32,000 nucleotides of DNA from Delftia acidovorans NBRC 14950 (GTDB taxonomy: Bacteria > Pseudomonadota > Gammaproteobacteria > Burkholderiales > Burkholderiaceae_C), in contig NZ_BCZP01000002.1 of the NCBI RefSeq assembly GCF_001598795.1, forward strand, positions 150,001 through 182,000. The letters run 5' to 3'. Both the position numbers and the translations under genes were made by a program. How positions within the stretch are numbered: the first letter of the stretch is position 1; each line of letters starts with the position of its first letter. Under the pieces are notes generated by a model that was not told where the DNA came from, ran no database searches, and saw only the letters and a program-made list of their open reading frames with translations. Positions 23,568 through 32,000 of the stretch are shown here, one piece after another.

Positions 23568-23613
23568 CTTAAGAACATCTGAACCCCGCGTTCAGACTCC
23601 GTTCAGCTTGAAC
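23568..23613. promoter_or_regulatory. Array of helically phased hexamers (PmrA-box-like) in the eptA/response-regulator divergent promoter
   Basis: CTTAAG(23568) n5 CTGAAC(23579) n5 GTTCAG(23590) n5 GTTCAG(23601), each 11 bp apart, followed by CTTGAAC. The first pair resembles the enterobacterial PmrA direct-repeat box YTTAAK-n5-YTTAAK. Confidence 0.5.
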
Positions 23614-23690
23614 CCCTGCCGCCCCCCTTGCGCCACGCTTGTTCCGTCCGTATCCGGTGCGCATCCTGATGTGCGAAGGCCCAACCTCCC

Positions 23691-24365
23691 ATGCGAATCC
23701 TGCTGGTCGAAGACGATGAGGCACTGGCCCAGGCGGTGGGCAGCTATCTGCGCTCCAAGGCCTTTTTGATCGACAGCGTGCCTTCTCTGGCGCAGGCGCG
23801 CGCCTGCCTGGCCGGTGCCAGCTACGCGGCCGTGCTGCTGGACCTGCACCTGTCCGACGGCGACGGCCTGGCGCTCATGCCTACGCTGCGCCGGCTGGAG
23901 CAGCCTCCCGTCACCATCGTGCTGACGGCGCGCGACCAGGTCAGCGACCGCATCCGCGGGCTGGACGCGGGTGCCGACGACTATCTGGTCAAGCCCTACG
24001 ACCCCGAGGAACTGCTGGCCCGCCTGCGCGCCGTGAGCCGGCGCGGCGGCGGCATGCAGGCCGGGCAGGACGCCGTGCTGCGCATGGGCACGCTGGAGAT
24101 CGACCTGGCCCGCGAAATGGTGCGCGATGCCGGCCGCACGCTGCTGCTCACGCCCAAGGAATGGGCGCTGCTGCGCGTGCTCACGGCCCAGCCGCAGCGT
24201 GTGCACGCGCGCGAGCATCTGCTCGATGCGCTCTACGGCTTCGATGCCGAGGCCGACAGCAACACGCTGGAAGTGTTCATCAGCCGGCTGCGCCGCAAGC
24301 TCGGGCGCGACCGCATCCTGACCGTGCGCGGTACCGGCTACCGCCTGGCCCTCGAGCATGGATGA
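23691..24365 (+). CDS. OmpR/PhoB-family response regulator (PmrA/BasR/QseB-like)
   Basis: MRILLVEDDEAL, phospho-acceptor context LLDLHLSDGDG, and a C-terminal winged helix (LTPKEWALLRVL...RGTGYRL). Confidence 0.9.
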   Translation: MRILLVEDDEALAQAVGSYLRSKAFLIDSVPSLAQARACLAGASYAAVLLDLHLSDGDGLALMPTLRRLEQPPVTIVLTARDQVSDRIRGLDAGADDYLVKPYDPEELLARLRAVSRRGGGMQAGQDAVLRMGTLEIDLAREMVRDAGRTLLLTPKEWALLRVLTAQPQRVHAREHLLDALYGFDAEADSNTLEVFISRLRRKLGRDRILTVRGTGYRLALEHG

Positions 24366-25785
24366 GCCGCAGCGCTACAGCCTGGCGCTGCCGCCCCGTC
24401 TGGCCGACCAGCTGGCCCGCGAGCTGACACTGGCCCTGGCCGCCGTCTGGCTGGCCTGCGTGCTGGCGCTGGCATGGTATGTCAGCCACATCGTGCACCA
24501 CAACTTCGACCAGGAAATGATCGACAGCGGCCACCGCCTGCTGGAGGTGGCCGTGCACCAGCTGGAACAGGAGGACCACTCGCGCGAGGGCGTGCAGCGC
24601 CCGCATGTGGCCTCGCAGCCGGGCGACGAGGCCGAGGATCTGGTCTACCAGCTGCAGGACGGCCGCGGCAACGTGCTGCTGCGCACCCAGGCCGCCCCCG
24701 TGGCAGCCTTTGCCGTGCCCATGCGCGAGGGCTTCTACGAGCGCGAGGGCTGGCGCATCTATGTGGTGGCCCATCCCCGGCAGCCGCTGTTCCTGATGCT
24801 GGCCGATCCCATGGTCGAGCGCAGCGAGGCGCTGCAGCGGGCGCTGCTGGCGCTGGGCTCGGTGATGCTGGTCATGCTCGCCCTCATGGGCTGGGCGCTG
24901 CGCGTGACCGCGCGGCGGCGCCTGCGCGTGCTGCGCGACATGCAGCTGCAGCTGAGCGAGCGCGGCGGCTCCAACCTGGAGCCGCTGGACCTGGACGCCA
25001 TGCCGCGCGAGCTGTGGCGGCTGGGCCGGGGCATCAACCACCTGATGCAGCGCCTGTCGCATGCGCTGCAGGTAGAGCGCTCCATGGCTGCCAATGCGGC
25101 CCACGAGCTGCGCACGCCGCTGGCCGTCGCCACGCTGCGCCTGCAGACAGCCCTGGACAGGGGCGTGGACAACACCGATGTGCGCGCGGCCTATGAGGCG
25201 CTGGAGCGGCTGCGCCAGCGCACGGAAAAGCTGCTGCAGCTGTCGCGCGCGGCCTCGGGCTCGGCGCTGGCGCAGGACGAGGTGCGGCTGGACGCGCTGG
25301 CCAGCATGGTGGCCTCCGAGTTCTGGCAGCAGGACGAATCCACCCAGCTGCGGCTGGATGTGGTGCTGCCCGAGCAGCCCTGCGGGCCGGTGGCGGGCGA
25401 TGTGGACACGCTGGCCATCGCCTTGCGCAACCTGGTGGAGAACGCGCTGCGCTACAGCGATGGCTCGGAGGTGCTGCTCGAAGTCTGCGACAGCCGCACC
25501 GTCCAGGTGCGCGACGAGGGGCCGGGCATGGATGCGGCGGCGCTGAGCACCGCGCGCGAGCGCCATGTGCGCCATGTGGACGACCTGCGCCTGCCCCAGG
25601 GCACCGTGCGGGAGCTGGCGTCGCCGGGCTACGGCCTGGGCCTGTCCATCGTGTCCATGATCGTGGCCCAGCATGGCGGCAGCCTGGAGCTGCAGTCGCC
25701 GCTGCCCGGCAGTTCCAACGGCCTGCTGGCCCGCATTCAGTTGCCGGGATGCGACCCGTCCGTGGATACCGACGCACTGTCCTGA
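24358..25785 (+). CDS. Sensor histidine kinase (PmrB/BasS/QseC-like)
   Basis: The ATG overlaps the regulator stop (ATGGATGA). Two TM segments flank a ~130-aa periplasmic loop. H-box AAHELRTPL, N-box NLVENALRY, G1 DEGPGM, G2 GYGLGLSIV. Confidence 0.9.
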   Translation: MDEPQRYSLALPPRLADQLARELTLALAAVWLACVLALAWYVSHIVHHNFDQEMIDSGHRLLEVAVHQLEQEDHSREGVQRPHVASQPGDEAEDLVYQLQDGRGNVLLRTQAAPVAAFAVPMREGFYEREGWRIYVVAHPRQPLFLMLADPMVERSEALQRALLALGSVMLVMLALMGWALRVTARRRLRVLRDMQLQLSERGGSNLEPLDLDAMPRELWRLGRGINHLMQRLSHALQVERSMAANAAHELRTPLAVATLRLQTALDRGVDNTDVRAAYEALERLRQRTEKLLQLSRAASGSALAQDEVRLDALASMVASEFWQQDESTQLRLDVVLPEQPCGPVAGDVDTLAIALRNLVENALRYSDGSEVLLEVCDSRTVQVRDEGPGMDAAALSTARERHVRHVDDLRLPQGTVRELASPGYGLGLSIVSMIVAQHGGSLELQSPLPGSSNGLLARIQLPGCDPSVDTDALS

Positions 25786-27008
25786 TCCGGGGCGCAGGCA
25801 GGCGGCAGGGGCGCATCGGCGGGCATGAGCCCGCACAGCCTTGTGTTGCGCTGCAAGGCAGGCAGGGCGGCCAGTTTCTCTACCTCGGCATAGAAACGCT
25901 GCCAGCCCTGGGCGGCCTCGCCGCCGGCCTGGGCCGGCGCCTGGGTCTGCGCCTTTTTCCACAGCGCGGTGAAGGCAGGCACCCAGTCGTCGTAGGCGGC
26001 CAGCGCGCCAAAGCTGGCGTTGTTGGCATCGGCCACCCACTGGTCCAGCCGCGCCTGGTTGCGGTCGTAGAGCTGGCGCTGTGCATCGGTGGTCAGCAGA
26101 GCTGCATCGGCGCTGCGCCATTGCGCGCGCAGCGCGGCGTAGTCGCTGCGGAACTGCTGGTAGATCTGCGCCTTGGCCTGCGCCATGGCGGGGCCGCGCT
26201 GCTGCGGGTCCTGGTAGAGCTGCTGCAGCGCCTGGCGCGTGTGGCCGGTCAGTGCCCGCCACTGCGCGCGCCGCAGCTGGCCTGCATCCCAGCGTGCGCG
26301 GGCGGCGGGGCCGGCCTCGGTGGCCAGCCACAGCGGCGTGCCCAGGCGCTCCACGGTGGTGGCAAAGGATTCGTTGAAGGCCGTGTCGCCGGCCACATAG
26401 ACCACCTGGTGGGCCAGTTCGTGGAACAGCAGGCCGGCGAACTCGCCCTCGCCCCAGCCGATGAAAGTGTTGAGCAGCGGATCGCCGCCCAGCCAGTTCA
26501 GGTAGCCCAGCGTGGAATAGGCGGGCACGCCGTAGCTGCCGGACTCCAGGCCCTGGTCGGCCAGTTGCCGTGCCTGGGCCATGGCGTCGGCCTCGGCAAA
26601 GTAGCCCCGGTAGCCCACGCAGCCGGCCACGGGAAAGCACCAGCGGTGCAGCTCCAGGCTGTCGGGCGGCGCGGCCACCACGTTCCATACGGCAAACGGC
26701 CGCTGCAGATCGGCATAGCGGCGGTAGCTGGCGTTGTCGGGCAGGCCCAGGCGCTCCACGGCAAAGGCGCGCATGCGCCGGGCCGACAGCAGGCGCTCGC
26801 GCAGTGCGGGCGCAAGGTTCTCGTCCTGCAGCCAGTCGTCAATCGGGCGGCTGGCCTGCAGCAGGTGCATTTGCCCGCGCAGGCTTTGCCAGTAATAACC
26901 CAGCCCGTCGCCACCGGCCCCCCGGCTGGCACAGCCGCCCAGCAGCAGGCCTATGCCCACCAAAATCGCGGGCAGGCCGCGCCTGACTACACTCAAGCCT
27001 TCTCGCAC
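25737..27008 (-). CDS. Predicted zinc aminopeptidase lipoprotein (DUF2265-type)
   Basis: HExxH motif (LLFHELAHQ). Lipobox LLLGGC. GTG 27008 is preferred (AGGGAG 6 nt upstream, giving MREGLSVVRRGLPAILVGIGLLLGGC). ATGs at 27032, 27056 and 27065 are also in frame. Confidence 0.75.
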   Translation of the reverse strand: MREGLSVVRRGLPAILVGIGLLLGGCASRGAGGDGLGYYWQSLRGQMHLLQASRPIDDWLQDENLAPALRERLLSARRMRAFAVERLGLPDNASYRRYADLQRPFAVWNVVAAPPDSLELHRWCFPVAGCVGYRGYFAEADAMAQARQLADQGLESGSYGVPAYSTLGYLNWLGGDPLLNTFIGWGEGEFAGLLFHELAHQVVYVAGDTAFNESFATTVERLGTPLWLATEAGPAARARWDAGQLRRAQWRALTGHTRQALQQLYQDPQQRGPAMAQAKAQIYQQFRSDYAALRAQWRSADAALLTTDAQRQLYDRNQARLDQWVADANNASFGALAAYDDWVPAFTALWKKAQTQAPAQAGGEAAQGWQRFYAEVEKLAALPALQRNTRLCGLMPADAPLPPACAPDQDSASVSTDGSHPGN

Positions 27009-27030
27009 CCTTGGCTCCCTTGCTGCTTTC

Positions 27031-27639
27031 ATGGACTTCTTCACGCTGGCGATCATTGTCTTCATCGCAATCTACCTGCTCAAGACGCAGCAACAGCGCC
27101 GGCATACCCTGCTGCTGGCCCAGTATCTGGGGCGATTCCAGATCGAGAAGCTGATGGGCGGCCTGATCGAAGGCTATCTGCGCGCCCTGGGTGAGAACGA
27201 CGAGCAGCGCCGTGCCCAGATCTGGACCGTGCTGGACAACACCGAGGCCAACCTGACCGAGCAGTTCCAGCGCTTTGCCAAGGAGATGGCCACGGCCGAT
27301 CCACAGCTCACGCGCGTGAGCACGCTGCCCGTGGCGCTGCCCTATCTGGACCGGCTCTTTCCCTCGTCGTCCTTCGATCTGCGCGACGCCATGCAGCTGC
27401 ATGCGCGCGGCATTGCCTCCGTGCGCGTGGCCGACAGCCGCAACGAGGACGAACGCCGTGCGCGCGCCTTCACGATGACGGCCGAGCTGTTGCTCATGCA
27501 GTACACCTGTCATTGGTTTTGCAAATCGCGTGCCGTGGCATCCCTGCGGCTGGTCGCACGGCACAAGACGCCCTTCGAGCAAGTGCTTGCTTCGGTGACG
27601 GATCAGACACGGCGCGACTACAGGCAGCTGATCGCCTGA
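27031..27639 (+). CDS. Hypothetical protein with a single N-terminal TM anchor
   Basis: MDFFTLAIIVFIAIYLLKTQQQRR, then a ~175-aa helical-looking soluble part. Composition is protein-like and I recognise no family. No SD upstream of ATG 27031. Confidence 0.55.
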   Translation: MDFFTLAIIVFIAIYLLKTQQQRRHTLLLAQYLGRFQIEKLMGGLIEGYLRALGENDEQRRAQIWTVLDNTEANLTEQFQRFAKEMATADPQLTRVSTLPVALPYLDRLFPSSSFDLRDAMQLHARGIASVRVADSRNEDERRARAFTMTAELLLMQYTCHWFCKSRAVASLRLVARHKTPFEQVLASVTDQTRRDYRQLIA

Positions 27640-27720
27640 TCACTGCACCACGGGTGGGGCGCCATGCCCCGCCATGCACAGCCCAGGCTGCGATTGACGC
27701 AGTGCTGCTTGCTGTCAAAA

Positions 27721-28992
27721 ATGAACGCCATGACACAAGTGCTGAGCTCCATCGAGGCGCGGCTGGCGTCTCTCCCTGTCCCCGTGGCCGTGATCCTGCC
27801 GTCCGGCCAGCGCGCTGGTCCTGCGGATGCGCAGGTGGTGCTGCATTTCCAGACCATGTCGGCCATGGCCAGCCTGGCGGCCGGGCAGATAGGGACACTG
27901 GGCGGTGCCATCGTGGAAGGGCTGGTGCGCATCGATGGCCGCATGCGCGACGTGATGGCGGTGGCCGCCAGCCTGCTGCAGTCCGATCCGGTGCGCGGCA
28001 CATCGCACTGGTGGGGGCATGCCATGGCCCGCATGCGCTCCATGGCCGCGCACACGCTGGCGCGCGACGCCCAGCAGATCCAGTTCCACTACGACATCTC
28101 CGACGACTTCTACGGCCTGTGGCTGGACCCGCGCCGCGTCTATTCCTGCGCCTACTTCCGCGATCCGCAGATGACGCTGGCCCAGGCCCAGGAGGCCAAG
28201 CTGGAGCACATCTGCCGCAAGCTGGACCTGCGGCCCGGCGAGCGCTTCCTGGACATCGGCGCGGGCTGGGGCGCGCTGCTGCTGTGGGCGGCCGAGCACT
28301 ACGGCGTCACGGCCACGGGCATCACGCTCTCGCACAACCAGCACCGCTACGTGCAGCAGCTGATTGCCGAGCGCGGCCTGCAGGGCAAGGTGGACATGCA
28401 ACTGCTGGACTACCGCGCGCTGGCGCCCGCCCAGCCCTTCGACAAGATAGGCTCGGTGGGCATGTTCGAGCATGTGGGCCAGGCCCAGCTGCCCGAGTAC
28501 TTCCAGACCGTGCACCGCCTGCTGCGCCCTGGCGGCATGGCGCTGATCCACGGCATCACGGCGGGCGGCGTGGACAACACCGAGCTGGGCGCGGGCATGG
28601 GCGAGTTCATCGACCGCTACATCTTCCCCGGCGGCGAGCTCATGCATGTGAGCCGCGTGCTGCACGACATGGGCCACAGCGGGCTGGAAATGGTGGACAC
28701 GGAGAACCTGCGGCCCCACTACGCACGCACGCTGTGGAACTGGTCCGACGCACTGGAAGCCCGGCTGCCGCAGGCGCAGCGTATCCTTGAGCAGCATGCC
28801 GATGCCGAAGGTGCCGCCAAGGTGCTGCGCGCCTACCGGCTCTATCTGGCGGGTTGCGCCATGGGATTCGAGCGCGGCTGGATCGCCCTGCACCAGATGC
28901 TGTGCACGCATCCCGATGGACGGCTCCAGTCGGGACCCATGGTGGGGGCTCAATCGGACTATGCTTTCAACCGCGAGTACATGTACCGCTGA
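27721..28992 (+). CDS. Cyclopropane-fatty-acyl-phospholipid synthase-like SAM methyltransferase
   Basis: IQFHYDISDDFYGLWLDPRRVYSCAYF, SAM motif LDIGAGWGAL, GMFEHVG, and HYARTLWNW...YLAGCAMGFERGWIALHQ. The start is ambiguous between 27664, 27721 and 27730. Confidence 0.85.
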   Translation: MNAMTQVLSSIEARLASLPVPVAVILPSGQRAGPADAQVVLHFQTMSAMASLAAGQIGTLGGAIVEGLVRIDGRMRDVMAVAASLLQSDPVRGTSHWWGHAMARMRSMAAHTLARDAQQIQFHYDISDDFYGLWLDPRRVYSCAYFRDPQMTLAQAQEAKLEHICRKLDLRPGERFLDIGAGWGALLLWAAEHYGVTATGITLSHNQHRYVQQLIAERGLQGKVDMQLLDYRALAPAQPFDKIGSVGMFEHVGQAQLPEYFQTVHRLLRPGGMALIHGITAGGVDNTELGAGMGEFIDRYIFPGGELMHVSRVLHDMGHSGLEMVDTENLRPHYARTLWNWSDALEARLPQAQRILEQHADAEGAAKVLRAYRLYLAGCAMGFERGWIALHQMLCTHPDGRLQSGPMVGAQSDYAFNREYMYR

Positions 28993-29025
28993 GTGCATGA
29001 CACGCCACACAGAAAAAGGATAGCC

Positions 29026-29355
29026 ATGCTCTACAAGTTCAAGTCCCGTGCCACGGCCGACGTCATCATGCTCGAATCCAACGGCCGCCAGGTCCTGGAG
29101 ATCGTCGGCAAGACGCCCGGCGCCAGCGGCATCATCACGGTGCAGCAGATTCCCGCCGCCATCGAGGCGCTGGAGGCCGCCGTCGCCGACGACGACGCCC
29201 GCCGCAAGGCCAACCAGGAAGAGGATGCGCAGGATGGCGACCAGGACAATGCCGCACCGGGCGCACGCGATGCCGTCAGCCTGCGCCAGCGCGCTGCGCC
29301 CATGATCGACATGCTGCGCCGCAGCGCCGCCGAGAACAGCGACGTCACCTGGTAG
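29026..29355 (+). CDS. DUF1840-family small protein
   Basis: MLYKFKSRATADVIMLESNGRQVLEIVGK matches my memory of DUF1840. SD AAAGGA upstream of ATG 29026. Confidence 0.75.
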   Translation: MLYKFKSRATADVIMLESNGRQVLEIVGKTPGASGIITVQQIPAAIEALEAAVADDDARRKANQEEDAQDGDQDNAAPGARDAVSLRQRAAPMIDMLRRSAAENSDVTW

Positions 29356-29376
29356 CCGGCGCCTCCCGCTGGCACG

Positions 29377-30360
<984 letters not shown>

Positions 30361-30440
30361 TGCATATCCTCTTGCTGAAACAAGGGGCCAGTATGGTTTT
30401 CCGAAGCGGCCTTGCCTACTGACAAAATCGCGCTTTGATC

Positions 30441-30494
30441 TTCCATTTTCGGAAAGCATTCCCGAAAAAATTCCCGAAAAACATTCCCGAAAAC
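30441..30494. promoter_or_regulatory. Candidate LysR binding region: inverted repeat plus three direct 12-bp repeats
   Basis: TTTTCGG-n9-CCGAAAA (30446-30468). ATTCCCGAAAAA occurs at 30458 and 30470, and ATTCCCGAAAAC at 30483. The array ends at the SD of the LysR gene. A related TTTTCCGAA lies at 30397-30405. Confidence 0.45.
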
Positions 30495-30508
30495 AAAGGA
30501 GCATTCCA

Positions 30509-31393
30509 TTGCAGTGGGACGACGCCCGCATCTTCCTGGCCATTGCCCGCGCCGGCAGCCTGAGCGGTGCCTCGGCCGCGCTGGGGCTTGGCGTGGCCAC
30601 GGTCTCGCGCCGGCTGGACCGGCTGGAGTCTGCGCTGGCCATGCCCCTGTTCAGCCGCCACCAGAGCGGCTATCGGCTCACCGCCGACGGCCAGGCACTG
30701 CTGGCCCCTGCCGAGGCGCTGGAGCAGGCGGCCCAGGCCCTGGGCGATGCCGCGCAAAGCCAGGCACAGGTCGCAGGCGTGGTGCGGCTGGCCACGGCGG
30801 AGAACCTGGCCAACCCGCTGATCGTGCCCTCGCTGGTCCCTCTGTTCGCCCGCCACCCGGGTCTGCGCGTGCAGCTGGTCAGCGGAGTGCAGACGCTGAA
30901 CCTGCACCGGCGCGACGCCGACCTGGCCGTGCGCATGACCCAGCCCGAGGCCGGCCACCTCACGATACGGCGCCTGGGCACGCTGGGCTTCGGCCTGTAC
31001 GGATCGCCCGGCTACGTGCAAGGCCGCGCAGGCGGCAACGACTCGGACCCGTTCGAGGGCGATGCCTTCATCGGCTGGGACGACAGCCATGCCCACCTGC
31101 CCGCCGCACGCTGGATGGCGCGCGCCCTGCGCGGGCGGCCCTGCCGGCTGGAGACCAACACCCTGTCCGCGCAGCTGGCCGCGGCCCAGGCCGGCCTGGG
31201 CCTGGCCGTGCTGCCGCATTTCCTGGCGCGGCAGGCGGGGCTGGTCTGCGTGGAGCCGCAGCTGGGCGCCGACCAGCCGATCTGGCTTGCCATGCATGCC
31301 GACCTTGCCCATTCACGGCGGGTGCGGGCCGTGGCCGACCACCTGATTGAACTGTTCGAGCGGCGGCATGCCGAACTCGAAGGCCCGGCCTGA
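30509..31393 (+). CDS. LysR-family transcriptional regulator
   Basis: With a TTG start, MQWDDARIFLAIARAGSLSGASAALGLGVATVSRRLDRLE is a canonical LysR HTH N-terminus. AAAGGA lies 8 nt upstream of TTG 30509. Divergent from the AKR gene. Confidence 0.85.
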   Translation: MQWDDARIFLAIARAGSLSGASAALGLGVATVSRRLDRLESALAMPLFSRHQSGYRLTADGQALLAPAEALEQAAQALGDAAQSQAQVAGVVRLATAENLANPLIVPSLVPLFARHPGLRVQLVSGVQTLNLHRRDADLAVRMTQPEAGHLTIRRLGTLGFGLYGSPGYVQGRAGGNDSDPFEGDAFIGWDDSHAHLPAARWMARALRGRPCRLETNTLSAQLAAAQAGLGLAVLPHFLARQAGLVCVEPQLGADQPIWLAMHADLAHSRRVRAVADHLIELFERRHAELEGPA

Positions 31394-31457
31394 GCCGCAG
31401 CAGGGGCCGCGCGCCGTGTTAAACACGCACGCAGATTGCGAGAAAGAAAGGACTTCC

Positions 31458-31973
31458 ATGCACCGCCTCCGTCATTCCTCCCGATTCCTGCCCTGGCTGG
31501 GCGCGCTGGCCGCCGCGCTGGCACTGGCCGCCTGTGCCGACAGGCCCAAGGCACCCACCGGCCCGCAGGCACCTCCGGGAGCGGCGGCTGCCGTGTATTC
31601 GCTGCTGTTTCTGGACAACGCCTCCAACCTCGGCCCCAAGGCGGCGGCCTACTGCATAGGCAACGGCCGGGGCTGGGCGCTGCTGGACCCCGATGCGGGC
31701 ACGCTGGCCTTGCTCAGCGGCCAGAGCCATGTGCGGCCGGCTTCGGCCTGCGACGTGGGCAAGGGCGGCGAGCAGGTGCTGGACCGGGCCAGCGGCCGGC
31801 CGGCGCTGATGTTCGGTGTCGAGCTCGTGCACTGCACGGCCTCGGGATCGCAATGCCTGATGCGCGGCAGCTACTACGAAGGTCCCGGCAACACGCAGAG
31901 CAACCTCTACAACGCAAGCCAGCGCGGCGGCAGCTGGCAAGCCGTGATGGCGCTGCGCGGGCCGGCGCCCTGA
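31458..31973 (+). CDS. Hypothetical lipoprotein
   Basis: MHRLRHSSRFLPWLGALAAALALAAC signal peptide with lipobox LAAC. SD AAAGGA. No recognised domain. Confidence 0.6.
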   Translation: MHRLRHSSRFLPWLGALAAALALAACADRPKAPTGPQAPPGAAAAVYSLLFLDNASNLGPKAAAYCIGNGRGWALLDPDAGTLALLSGQSHVRPASACDVGKGGEQVLDRASGRPALMFGVELVHCTASGSQCLMRGSYYEGPGNTQSNLYNASQRGGSWQAVMALRGPAP

Positions 31974-32000
31974 GCCTGCGTCGCTGCTGTCGCGCGGCTC

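Overview
GC-rich, gene-dense chromosomal window. It looks like a Betaproteobacterium of the Burkholderiales/Comamonadaceae type. That placement is an inference from a Bug-family tricarboxylate-type binding protein, an IPTL-CTERM protein and the DUF3567/DUF3108 pair, not from any search. I support about 30 protein-coding genes, mostly metabolic or transport genes and regulators. In order they are: a partial IPTL-CTERM repeat protein; DUF3567; DUF3108; IclR divergent from an FAH-hydrolase/TraB-GumN/Bug-SBP operon; an ABC1/UbiB-type kinase; a cytoplasmic molybdopterin oxidoreductase; a LivK-like SBP; an M20 amidohydrolase; an orphan ABC ATPase; an acyl-CoA-binding protein; a 2OG-Fe(II) oxygenase; a NitT/TauT-type ABC importer carrying two paralogous SBPs and two paralogous CDA-fold deaminases; an EptA-type phosphoethanolamine transferase divergent from an OmpR/HK two-component pair; a DUF2265 aminopeptidase lipoprotein; a membrane-anchored hypothetical; a Cfa-like methyltransferase; DUF1840; an aldo/keto reductase divergent from LysR; and a lipoprotein. 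I see no rRNA, tRNA, CRISPR array, transposase, integrase, phage genes or recognisable defence system. I cannot point to a clear-cut new multi-gene system. The best protein-level candidate is the duplicated SBP+deaminase importer locus at 16882-21759. The best non-coding candidates are two families of highly structured intergenic elements. One is a 265-bp MITE-like element with 30-bp terminal inverted repeats and nested perfect stems. The other is a ~118-bp dispersed repeat present three times, with two copies abutting TGA stop codons in the same orientation. The many long Arg/Ala/Gly/Pro-rich ORFs on the opposite strand or in shifted frames are treated as GC artefacts. Start codons were chosen by reading SD-like motifs and are less certain than stops.
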